From positions 1,376,001-1,440,000 of the forward strand of contig OY969807.1 in NCBI GenBank assembly GCA_963703285.1: 64,000 bases of DNA. The letters are read 5' to 3'. Below are positions 37,832 to 46,050 of the stretch, piece after piece (position 1 is the first letter of the stretch; every line of letters starts with the position of its first letter). The notes beneath the pieces were generated by a model. That model did no database searches and was not told where the DNA came from. It saw nothing but the letters and a program-made list of their open reading frames with translations. The translations under genes and the position numbers were made by a program. This DNA is from an uncultured Nitrososphaerota archaeon (GTDB taxonomy: Archaea; Thermoproteota; Nitrososphaeria; Nitrososphaerales; Gagatemarchaeaceae).

Positions 37832-38016
37832 TAGCCTGTGGCAGGGTCGTACCAGCGGGCTCCCGAGTAGTACAGCCCGGTGGACTCTTCCGTCGGCTTG
37901 GTAGTGTATTCGAACGCAGCCGTCCCCGACGCGCCATATGTTGGCCCGTAGGGCCTGTAGTCCGAGCTAAACAGCGTCGACTCCGAGGAGCTCGTCACAA
38001 GCCTGACGCTCCCCAA
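37831..38016 (-). pseudogene. RHS repeat-associated core domain fragment (insertion remnant)
   Basis: LGSVRLVT...DYRPYG...FEYTTKP..STGLYYSGARWYDPATG matches the RHS core consensus; truncated at both ends. Confidence 0.85.
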
Positions 38017-38022
38017 GCGACG

Positions 38023-38532
38023 CTAATAAGTCGACGCTTCGTTCTTAATCTCTGCATTCTTTTTGGCTTCTGTCGTTCCTTTCGAAATTATTTTCAAGTA
38101 GGCGGCGTCAAGGACAACGGGCATCTGGTAGGGCGTGTCCAGGAGGATCACAGTGACCTCCTGCTTGGCCGTCTCTATCCTGACTATCTTGGCGCGCATC
38201 GTCTTGAAGGGACCTGCCACTATCTCGACGATGTCGTTGTCGGAGAGCTCGGCGACCATGGACTTCGTGACCAGGAACTTCTCGATGTCTGAGAACTGCA
38301 TCATGCCGGGGATCTTGCTGCGGACGTGCTTGAACCCCTGGATGCTCTCGTCCACGACCTGCGAGTTGGGCGCCTCGAAGAGGACGTATCCCTTCCACGT
38401 GTCGAGTGCGAGTATGGAATAGATGGGTTTCTTCTTTTGCATAGCCTTGTTCGCCACGAAGGTCGCGACCGTCCTTTCCTGTCCGCCGGTGGTCTTGACC
38501 GGATAGATGGAGCTCTGTCTCTGTTCTGACAA
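38023..38532 (-). CDS. spt5: Transcription elongation factor Spt5 (NusG)
   Basis: VKTTGGQERTVA, KGYVLFEA, KOW motif DIVEIVAGPFK; AT-rich last ~24 codons. Confidence 0.95.
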   Translation of the reverse strand: MSEQRQSSIYPVKTTGGQERTVATFVANKAMQKKKPIYSILALDTWKGYVLFEAPNSQVVDESIQGFKHVRSKIPGMMQFSDIEKFLVTKSMVAELSDNDIVEIVAGPFKTMRAKIVRIETAKQEVTVILLDTPYQMPVVLDAAYLKIISKGTTEAKKNAEIKNEASTY

Positions 38533-38547
38533 GATTGCGGGCCTCGT

Positions 38548-38724
38548 CTAGCCGAAGATGCTCGGCAGCACAGTCGAGATGAACTTGATCAGGAATCCCA
38601 TGGTCCCGACCACGGCGACGCCGAGGAGGACGAGCTTGAGGTAGAGCATGAACTGCTCCTTGTCGCTCTTCTTGGAGAGCCTGAGAACCGACCCCATGGC
38701 GGCGAGGAAATCGCGAAGTGTCAA
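38548..38724 (-). CDS. secE: Protein translocase SecE / Sec61-gamma
   Basis: VLRLSKKSDKEQF..LGVAVVGTMGFLIK; conserved position before spt5; TTG start inferred. Confidence 0.88.
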   Translation of the reverse strand: MTLRDFLAAMGSVLRLSKKSDKEQFMLYLKLVLLGVAVVGTMGFLIKFISTVLPSIFG

Positions 38725-38872
38725 ACCTGTAACCTTCTCAGGACGTACCACAGGTGGCTGTTTATAAAAGTACCCAACGGTTCCCACCCTCGAAGAGTCT
38801 GGGACGGTACGACGAGCCCTTCGGTGTTCAAACGCTTTTCTCCCCACAGGACGGGCCACAGGGAGCCTGCTC

Positions 38873-39700
38873 ATGACCCCAGAGGGTTCCCCTGCGACCG
38901 TCCTGATCACGTCGACGAAGGACGAGGCCTCGGTCACCATAGCCAAGGGCCTTGTAAGGAACCATGGGTTCGAGTCGACCGAGATCGAGCTCATGGGGAG
39001 GCCGGTCCTCCAGATGGGGTCGCTCCTTCTCGTGACCATCGACACGGAGATGATCGAGCCGCCCGACCTCGATGAGTACTTCAACCCCCGGGCCTACGTC
39101 TTCCTCTCCAGGCACTACGCGGAGTCCGGGATACCATCCCTCACGGTCCACACGACGGGCAACTTCGGAGACGAGGCCGTGCTCGGAGGGAGGCCAAGGG
39201 AGGTCGGATGGGTGAACCCGGACCTGCAGAAGAATTACCTGCAGGCGCTGAGCAGGCGCAAGGGCGAGCTCGAGGGGTACGAGATAACGATAGAGGCGAC
39301 CCACCACGGGCCTACGTCTCTCAAGAGGCCCGTCCTATTCGTGGAGCTGGGCTCCTCCGAGAAGAACTGGAGGGACGAGAGGGCCGGGGCGGTCATCGGA
39401 GACGCGCTGGTGGAGGCCCTGACGGAGGGGAGGTCGTGGGAGAAGGTGGCGCTCGCGTTCGGGGGGTCCCACTACCCCGCCAAGTTCAACAGTCTCCTGC
39501 TCGAGACCGACTTCGCCCTCTCCTCCATCGTCCCGAAGCACAGCCTGGCGGGGGTCGACGAAGCCATGTTCGGCCAGATAATCCAGAAGACCACGAGGTT
39601 CCCCCGCAACGTGGCGGTCGACTGGAAGGGGCTTGGCCCAAACAAGGAGAGAATCACCTCCCTCGCCAAGCAGTTCGCGCTGGAAATCGTGAGGGTCTAG
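38873..39700 (+). CDS. dtdA: D-aminoacyl-tRNA deacylase (archaeal DTD2)
   Basis: FLSRH, LTVHTTGN, EATHHGPT, FVELGS, FGGSHY, DWKG. Confidence 0.93.
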   Translation: MTPEGSPATVLITSTKDEASVTIAKGLVRNHGFESTEIELMGRPVLQMGSLLLVTIDTEMIEPPDLDEYFNPRAYVFLSRHYAESGIPSLTVHTTGNFGDEAVLGGRPREVGWVNPDLQKNYLQALSRRKGELEGYEITIEATHHGPTSLKRPVLFVELGSSEKNWRDERAGAVIGDALVEALTEGRSWEKVALAFGGSHYPAKFNSLLLETDFALSSIVPKHSLAGVDEAMFGQIIQKTTRFPRNVAVDWKGLGPNKERITSLAKQFALEIVRV

Positions 39701-39717
39701 GACGGCGGCGCCCGGGC

Positions 39718-40623
39718 TCAGCCCATCAGGGCGTCCACGAACGAGCCGACGTCGAACCTCTTCAGGTCCTTGTAGTCCTGCCCCACCCCGAGGTAGAGGA
39801 TGGGCCGTCCCGTCGTGTAAGCGATGGAGAGCGCGGCGCCCCCCCTCGTGTCTGCGTCCGTCTTCGTCAGTATCGCGCCGTCGAAGCCGGTGTACTTATT
39901 GAAGAGCTGGGCCTGGGAGATGGCGTCGTTGCCGGCCAGCGAGTCGCCGATGAAGATCTTGAAGTCGGGGTTGACGACCCTGACAATCTTACCCATCTCC
40001 TCCATGAGGTTCTGGTTGGTCTGCATCCTCCCTGCGGTGTCGACGAGGAGGACGTCGACGTGGTGCGCCTTGGCGTAGAGGACCCCGTCCCTCGCGACAG
40101 CGGCCGGGTCCGCCCCGTACCTCTGCGCTATCACCTTGGCGGAGACCCTGCCTGCATGCTCGGTGAGCTGCTCTATGGCCCCGGCCCTGTGGGTGTCCCC
40201 GGCGGCGACCACGACGGAGTAACCCGCCTGCTTGAGGAGATAGGCGAACTTGGCCACCGTCGTCGTCTTGCCCGTCCCGTTGATCCCGAGGAAGAGTATC
40301 GTGAAGGGCTCGCCCCTCTTCTTCTTCTCGTCGATGAGCCCGAAAAGGTCGACTGACCCCGCCTTCGCGAAGATCTCGGTAATCGACCTGCGGAGCCCCT
40401 CCTGAACGAGGGATGCCGTCTCCTTCGAGCGCTCGACGGACAGCCCGGCCATCTGGGACTTCAGGGACGCGCCGATGCTGTCGACGACCTCCTGGGCGAC
40501 GTCGCTCTCCAGGAGCGTGAGCTGGAAGCTGTAGAGCGCTTCGTCGAGTTCCTTCTCCGAGAGCTTCCTCTCGGAGATTACCTTCGTGAGGGACGAAAAG
40601 GCCTGTCTAAGCTTGTCAAACAA
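39718..40623 (-). CDS. ftsY: SRP receptor FtsY
   Basis: GINGTGKTTT, DTHRAGA, DTAGR, TKTD, GVGQ. Confidence 0.96.
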   Translation of the reverse strand: MFDKLRQAFSSLTKVISERKLSEKELDEALYSFQLTLLESDVAQEVVDSIGASLKSQMAGLSVERSKETASLVQEGLRRSITEIFAKAGSVDLFGLIDEKKKRGEPFTILFLGINGTGKTTTVAKFAYLLKQAGYSVVVAAGDTHRAGAIEQLTEHAGRVSAKVIAQRYGADPAAVARDGVLYAKAHHVDVLLVDTAGRMQTNQNLMEEMGKIVRVVNPDFKIFIGDSLAGNDAISQAQLFNKYTGFDGAILTKTDADTRGGAALSIAYTTGRPILYLGVGQDYKDLKRFDVGSFVDALMG

Positions 40624-40629
40624 CGCCGA

Positions 40630-41046
40630 CTACTGACCCTGTCTGCTCAGTATCGACTGCAGCGCTCTCCGGTCGGACTCGAGCCGCTGCGCTATCTGGT
40701 TGCGCTGCGAGGCTACGGCCCCGAGGTCCTCTTCGAGCTCACCCGTCCGGGCCTCTATGAACTTGACAGCGTCCTCCCTCGTCCTCTCGACGACGACGTT
40801 TGCGCCGATGTTCAGCAGGACCTTGTCGGTCTGAGGGGGAGTTGCGCGGAGAAGTACCCCGCCGCCCACTGGGATGAGCGCCTCCTCCGTGGGGGAGCTG
40901 AGCCCCTTGATCGTGGCGAGGGAGGATTGGCTCTCTATAAGTATCCTCTCGAGGAGGTTCTGGCGGGCAGACATGTCGTTGTAAGTGCTCTCCAGCACCC
41001 TGATCTCCGCAACCAGGTTGTTGACCATCTCCTCGTCTTTGCTCAA
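40630..41046 (-). CDS. pfdA: Prefoldin alpha subunit
   Basis: LIPVGGGV, VLLNIGANVVVE, flanking coiled coils; conserved gene order. Confidence 0.9.
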   Translation of the reverse strand: MSKDEEMVNNLVAEIRVLESTYNDMSARQNLLERILIESQSSLATIKGLSSPTEEALIPVGGGVLLRATPPQTDKVLLNIGANVVVERTREDAVKFIEARTGELEEDLGAVASQRNQIAQRLESDRRALQSILSRQGQ

Positions 41047-41098
41047 GTCGGATTCCGAGCCACAGCCCGTTCGGACCCTTTTTAATCTTGAGGGTGCG

Positions 41099-41764
41099 TC
41101 AGATGCTCAGGGCCTTTGTTAGGAACATCAGCTCCGGGCCCGTCGTGAGGTCCCCGACGATGGCGTTCGAGGAGTTGGCGACGAGGCCCGAGGTCAGGAA
41201 CGGGATCCCCCCGTTGACGGAGGCGGGGTATGCGTCAACCTTGAAGACGCTTCCCACGTCCTCGACCTGCTTCTCCGTGAGCTTGGGATAAACCGCTGCC
41301 CCGCCGTTGGTCGCCACCATCAGCGCGCCCACCTGGACGTACTCGTCGATTGTCAGGTTCTGGACCTCCACGTCGAGGACGTCCCTCACCTGCGAGACAG
41401 CCTCGTGGTCGAGAATGGGCGAGACCATGGCCCCGTGGTCGTTCGCGGAGACCAGGTTGCCCACGGCGGTGTACTTTGATTTGAACCTCTCGACCCTGAG
41501 GCCCGTCTGGGAGGCGAGCTCCCTGACCTCGTAGTCCTCTACCAGGCGGGAGAGCACGATGCCCTTGTTGTTGAGGGCCATGAGAGGCCCGAGGAGCCTG
41601 GTACCTTCGACCGAGACGAAGACCGGCGAGACGCCCAGGTTCTCGGCGAGCATCCTGGACTTCGTCGACGCGATGCCCTTCGGCGCGAAGAGAAACCTGT
41701 CGTTTGCCCTCAGAAATATCCCTATGTTCGGGCTCCTGTAGACCTCTACCAGGTAGAGACCCAT
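41099..41764 (-). CDS. eif6: Translation initiation factor 6
   Basis: SPNIGIF, AVGNL..ANDHGA, SVNGG, TTGPEL. Confidence 0.93.
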   Translation of the reverse strand: MGLYLVEVYRSPNIGIFLRANDRFLFAPKGIASTKSRMLAENLGVSPVFVSVEGTRLLGPLMALNNKGIVLSRLVEDYEVRELASQTGLRVERFKSKYTAVGNLVSANDHGAMVSPILDHEAVSQVRDVLDVEVQNLTIDEYVQVGALMVATNGGAAVYPKLTEKQVEDVGSVFKVDAYPASVNGGIPFLTSGLVANSSNAIVGDLTTGPELMFLTKALSI

Positions 41765-42046
41765 CTAGGATTGCACTGCTTCAGGCGCCAGACGGACGGA
41801 GACGACCCCGTCCTCGTCGCGCTCCATCTCCAGTCTAATCCTCCTCGGGGGGCTGGTGATGCCGCGGGACCAGATCCGCTCGTTCACTCCTACCTCAATC
41901 TTGACCTCGGTTGCCTTCATGTGCTTGGTCGTGAACTCCCGGATTACTCTTATGGCAACCTTGCTCCTCCTGTACCTAGGCGCCTCGAAGACCCTGCGGA
42001 GGGGCACCATGTAGGTGCGGGTGAGCGGCTCCAGATTAGACGACAT
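41765..42046 (-). CDS. rpl31e: 50S ribosomal protein L31e
   Basis: YMVPLR, PRYRR, KHMK, VNERIWSRG. Confidence 0.93.
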   Translation of the reverse strand: MSSNLEPLTRTYMVPLRRVFEAPRYRRSKVAIRVIREFTTKHMKATEVKIEVGVNERIWSRGITSPPRRIRLEMERDEDGVVSVRLAPEAVQS

Positions 42047-42052
42047 TCGCTA

Positions 42053-42211
42053 TCACTTCTGCCTCAGCTTCTGTCTCCGCCAGTCCCTCTGCTTGGGATT
42101 GAACCTGACGGTCCTGTTGGTCTTGATGACGACCCAGGTCGGGACGGGCGAAGCCTGCTTCTGGGCCTTCATGAGACGGTTCTTCTTCGACTTGTCCTTC
42201 ACGCTACCCAT
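42053..42211 (-). CDS. rpl39e: 50S ribosomal protein L39e (below ORF-track cutoff)
   Basis: MGSVKDKSKKNRLMKAQKQASPVPTWVVIKTNRTVRFNPKQRDWRRQKL. Confidence 0.93.
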   Translation of the reverse strand: MGSVKDKSKKNRLMKAQKQASPVPTWVVIKTNRTVRFNPKQRDWRRQKLRQK

Positions 42212-42214
42212 GGT

Positions 42215-42499
42215 TCAAATCCTCCTGATTGTGAAATCGCGCTTCTTCGTCTGCAAGGAACCGAGAATCTCCTTCAGCTGGTCGTCGTTTATCACCGTCT
42301 TCAGCTTTCCTGTCGTGGCCATCTGGATGATGTAGTCTTCGATGGTCTGGGCGACCTGTGGCTTGACCATCTTGATGTTGGCTAGACGCTGGCGGGCTTC
42401 GGAGGTCAGCGCCATGCGCATTACGTTCTCCCGGAGGGCTCTCTTCTCCCTGTCTTCCTCCTGGTCTTTTCTTGACTGACTATCCGGCTGTTCGGACAA
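42215..42499 (-). CDS. PDCD5-family DNA-binding protein
   Basis: LTSEARQRLANIKMVKP, IEDYIIQ, DFTIRRI. Confidence 0.9.
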   Translation of the reverse strand: MSEQPDSQSRKDQEEDREKRALRENVMRMALTSEARQRLANIKMVKPQVAQTIEDYIIQMATTGKLKTVINDDQLKEILGSLQTKKRDFTIRRI

Positions 42500-42504
42500 A
42501 TCTA

Positions 42505-42960
42505 TCACCCGTATCTTGCTAGCGCAGGAATCTCCTTCGAAAGCTCCTTAAAAACGTCTTTGCTGACCTTGTCGAGCAGGGCGACGCCCTTGGGCGTCAG
42601 GACCCGGCCCTTGTTCCCCTGCTTCGTCACCAGCTCTGCCTGCTCCATGTCCTTGAGTGCGTTCCTGATGATCGAGCCGCCGGAGTCGCGGTGGTGCTTC
42701 GGGTAGTAGGACAGCGCCTTGCTCCCTCCGTACGCGGACTCGAGCTGCTGGAGTCCGACGGGCCCCTGAAGGTAGACCTTCCGGAGCAGGGACGCGGCCC
42801 TCGTGTACCACCAGTCCGCCTGCTGGGGTGGACGTTCCGCGTGGGAGCCTGTCTTGACGAAGGCGGCCCATTGCGGGGGCTCGAGTTCGGGGACCCTCTT
42901 CAGATGCTCCGCTAGGGCTTCGATTAGTCTGTCTGCAGGCACGTCGTGGACGCGGACCAT
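42505..42960 (-). CDS. rps19e: 30S ribosomal protein S19e
   Basis: WAAFVKTG, DWWYTRAASLLRKVY, GSIIR, GRVLTPKG. Confidence 0.96.
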   Translation of the reverse strand: MVRVHDVPADRLIEALAEHLKRVPELEPPQWAAFVKTGSHAERPPQQADWWYTRAASLLRKVYLQGPVGLQQLESAYGGSKALSYYPKHHRDSGGSIIRNALKDMEQAELVTKQGNKGRVLTPKGVALLDKVSKDVFKELSKEIPALARYG

Positions 42961-43003
42961 CTCTTTTCCCGGAGTGAATTCGTCAGCCCGCTCGGCTGGA
43001 TAT

Positions 43004-43310
43004 TTAAGCGTGACTTGACAATTTTTTCCGGTTGACGTAGCCGCAGTCCGCGCAGGTCACCAAGAGCATCCTCGTCCGACCGAGCCTCACCCTCGCGTTG
43101 AGGCCCGGATAGAGGAGGCCCTTGCAACCGTGGCAGAAGAACCTCTTCAACCTCCAGTCGTACCTGACGTTGAACTTGAGCATCACCCGGCGGGCGAGAG
43201 AGGCCTGCGCCTTGGCGAGCTCGAGGTCTCTGGGGGCCGTCTCGACGGCTAGCTCGAATCAGCGCGGCCGCCATCTCTGCGGCCTCTCTCTTCGCCTCCT
43301 TTCTCCTCAC
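43004..43310 (-). CDS. rnp4: RNase P protein Rpp21, apparent +1 frameshift at ~43258 (likely sequence error)
   Basis: Removing one base gives ..AAALFELAVETAPRDLELAKAQASLARRVMLKFNVR..FCHGC..PG.NARVR..TCADCG. Confidence 0.85.
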
Positions 43311-43364
43311 GCCCGTGCCTCGGGCAGACAAAGAATTAATCGTAGCTGGAAGCCGTCGGGCGAG

Positions 43365-44033
43365 GTGCTCAACCTAGTCATCACCGAAGCCGCCCTCGAG
43401 CTCGTGCCCGAAGAGATACGGCGGCAGGCCTCCGTGGGGAACGACGCGAGGCGGCGGGGGCTCGACCCGTCAGAGTTGCTGCTGGACAGGAGCCTCCATC
43501 ATGCGGCGATGGCCAAGCTGAAGGAGGACTACAAGCGCGGCCGCCCGGACCTCGTCCACCTTACCCTCCTGGGCGTCACGAGTACCCCCCTGTACAGGGC
43601 CGAGGGCGTGAAGGTCTACATCCACACGCGCGACGACGTCGTCCTCGAGTTCAGGGCGGGGACTAGGCCGCCCAAGAGCTACTTCAGGTTCAGGGACCTG
43701 GTGCAGAAGGTGCTGAGAGAGAAGCCGGATTCGGGGCTCATCGCCTATCGCGAGTCCTCGATCCCTCTCCTCCTGAAGAGGATAGGCGCCGACCTCTCGG
43801 TCGGACTGTCAATCCAGGGGAAGCAAATGACGCTCGAGAACCTGGCGCAGCAGCTCGCACGGGCGAGGAACCCTGCGGTGTTGATCGGAGGCTTCCCGAA
43901 GGGGCATTTCACGGTCGAGACGACGAGGGCGCTGGACCTGGTGGCGCGCGTGCACGAGGACTCGCTCGATGCGCACGTCGTGGCCGGTCGGCTGGTCTAT
44001 GAGGTCGAGAAGCTGGTCGGGACTCAACCATAA
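43365..44033 (+). CDS. nep1: 16S rRNA pseudouridine N1-methyltransferase Nep1/Emg1
   Basis: EAALELVP, LLDRSLHH, RGRPDLVH, RPPKSYFRF, IGGFPKGHF; GTG start inferred. Confidence 0.92.
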   Translation: MLNLVITEAALELVPEEIRRQASVGNDARRRGLDPSELLLDRSLHHAAMAKLKEDYKRGRPDLVHLTLLGVTSTPLYRAEGVKVYIHTRDDVVLEFRAGTRPPKSYFRFRDLVQKVLREKPDSGLIAYRESSIPLLLKRIGADLSVGLSIQGKQMTLENLAQQLARARNPAVLIGGFPKGHFTVETTRALDLVARVHEDSLDAHVVAGRLVYEVEKLVGTQP

Positions 44034-44063
44034 AAAGGGGGTTTCTTCTGACCGCGGTCCAAG

Positions 44064-44185
44064 GCGGTCGTCGTCCAGATCACGAAGCGAGGACAATCTG
44101 GTCTAGGACATAAGCCCTCCATTTTTCGTCTGAATCGACGAAAAGGGGCGAGCTTGTAACCTGGGTTCGAATCCCAGCGACCGCA
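44064..44185 (+). tRNA. tRNA-Gly(TCC) with two introns (15/16: 44079-44096; 37/38: 44122-44150)
   Basis: GCGGTCG/CGACCGC acceptor stem, GGTTCGAATCC T-arm; removing the two BHB-flanked inserts yields a cloverleaf; position 33 reads C. Confidence 0.88.
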
Positions 44186-44311
44186 CCTCTTCACCCTCCC
44201 GGCACCGCTCCATCAGATTCATTAATCGATAGTTATGGTCGTCAATCGATGGCCGATGGCGTCTCGCCCGTCTCCGTCCTTTGATCCGAACGAATTGACA
44301 GGCGATGAAAC

Positions 44312-45226
44312 ATGATCGCGACGGAGAGCCTGACGAAGAGGTTTGGTGACACGACGGCCGTCGATGACCTTACCCTTCGAGTGGACGAGGGAGAGGTCTT
44401 CGGGTTCCTCGGGCCGAACGGGGCGGGGAAGACAACCACGGTCCGGATGCTCGCGTGCCTCATCTCGAAGACTAGCGGGCAGGCAACCATCGGCGAATAC
44501 GACACGGGGAAGGACTCGGACCTGCAACAGATACGGAAAATCATCGGGTTCCTGCCAGAGAGCGCAGGCTTCTACGACGAGCTGAGCGCCTACAGGAACC
44601 TAGACTACTACGGGAGGCTTCACGAGTGTGCGGAGGGCCAGAGGAGGGAGCGCATCGAACACTTCCTCAAGATGCTAGGCCTCTGGGAGAAGCGGGATTC
44701 GGCGGCTGGAACCTTCTCGAAGGGGATGAAGCAGAAGCTCGCCATCGCCCGCGCCCTCATCCACGACCCCCAGGTGCTCTTTCTCGACGAGCCCACCGCG
44801 AACCTCGACCCCGAGGCCTCCAAGGCGATGCGGGACTTCATCCTCGAGCTCAAGAAGGAGAAGAGGACGATCTTCCTCAACACGCACAACCTGGACGAGG
44901 CAGAGAAGGTCTGCGACAGGGTGGGGATCCTCAAGACCCGTCTCATCGCAATCGGTGCGACGAAGCAGCTGCTCGAGTCGGTCTGGGGCAGGAAGACGGT
45001 GATTCAGGTCACGAGGGTAACCGAAGCCATCCTTACAGCCGTGAAGAGGCTCGGACCGAGGAGGGTCGAGGTGGAGGGCGACCGGCTGATCATCGACGTC
45101 GTGAACCCGGCCGAGGAGAACCCGTCGCTGGTTGAAGCGGTCGTCGCCTGTGGTGGCCGGGTCCAATCGGTCAGTGAGCTTCTCCCTTCGCTGGAGGATG
45201 TCTACATGCGGAGGGTGCGGGGCTGA
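44312..45226 (+). CDS. ABC-2 type exporter ATP-binding subunit
   Basis: GPNGAGKTT, FSKGMKQK, LFLDEPT, NTH. Confidence 0.93.
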   Translation: MIATESLTKRFGDTTAVDDLTLRVDEGEVFGFLGPNGAGKTTTVRMLACLISKTSGQATIGEYDTGKDSDLQQIRKIIGFLPESAGFYDELSAYRNLDYYGRLHECAEGQRRERIEHFLKMLGLWEKRDSAAGTFSKGMKQKLAIARALIHDPQVLFLDEPTANLDPEASKAMRDFILELKKEKRTIFLNTHNLDEAEKVCDRVGILKTRLIAIGATKQLLESVWGRKTVIQVTRVTEAILTAVKRLGPRRVEVEGDRLIIDVVNPAEENPSLVEAVVACGGRVQSVSELLPSLEDVYMRRVRG

Positions 45227-45233
45227 GGAGAAG

Positions 45234-45968
45234 ATGAAGCTCTCCAGAGCATGGACCGTCGCCTCGAACGACTTCGGGGTATTCGCGAGGAAGAAGTACA
45301 CGCTCTACTCTCTGATCGGGCTTCCGGTGGTGTTGTCGGTAGGTCTGCCGATAGTCGTCTGGCTCAACGTCAACAAGACCTCCGTCAGCGACTCAGAGAT
45401 TGGCATCCTGCTCAACGCCTTCTCCTTCCTCTTCGCGATTATGGCGACGCTGGTTCCGACCGTGCTCGCCTCGTACAGCTTCCTCGGCGAGAAGCTCGAG
45501 AGGAGTCTGGAGCCGCTTCTCGCGACCCCTGCGTCGGACGGGGAGCTGCTGCTGGGGAAGTACCTGGCGTCCCTACTCCCTTCGCTGGCCGTGACGTACA
45601 TCGGGGCCGGAATCTTCATGGCGCTCGTTGACGAGGTGACGTACGGGCGTCTCGGGCACCTCTACTTCCCGAACGCGACGATGGAGGCCATCCTGCTGCT
45701 GGCCGTGCCGCTGGCCTGCCTCTTCAGCGTCGAGGCCAACGTCATCATCGCCTCGCTCGTGGGAGACCTCCGCGCCGCGCAGCAGCTCGGGATCCTCGCG
45801 TCCGTCCCCTTCGGGGGTGTCTTCGTACTGGCCGAGACGAACTTCGCGTCCCTCAATCAGACCACCCTGCTGACAATCTCGGTGCTCCTTCTGGCCATCG
45901 ACGTGGTAATGCTGCAGGTGTGCAGAGTCACGTTCCGGCGGGAAGAGATAGTCACAAAGTGGAAGTGA
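45234..45968 (+). CDS. ABC-2 type exporter permease
   Basis: SFLGEKLERSLEPLLATP..ELLLGK; about six TM segments; start ATG 45234. Confidence 0.9.
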   Translation: MKLSRAWTVASNDFGVFARKKYTLYSLIGLPVVLSVGLPIVVWLNVNKTSVSDSEIGILLNAFSFLFAIMATLVPTVLASYSFLGEKLERSLEPLLATPASDGELLLGKYLASLLPSLAVTYIGAGIFMALVDEVTYGRLGHLYFPNATMEAILLLAVPLACLFSVEANVIIASLVGDLRAAQQLGILASVPFGGVFVLAETNFASLNQTTLLTISVLLLAIDVVMLQVCRVTFRREEIVTKWK

Positions 45969-46050
45969 ATTCCCGGGGCGTCACACGCTACAGCAGGAGT
46001 TGCAGGTGCTGATGTTCGGAGGTCAGACCCGGATAGCGTGGCTCCGAGAC

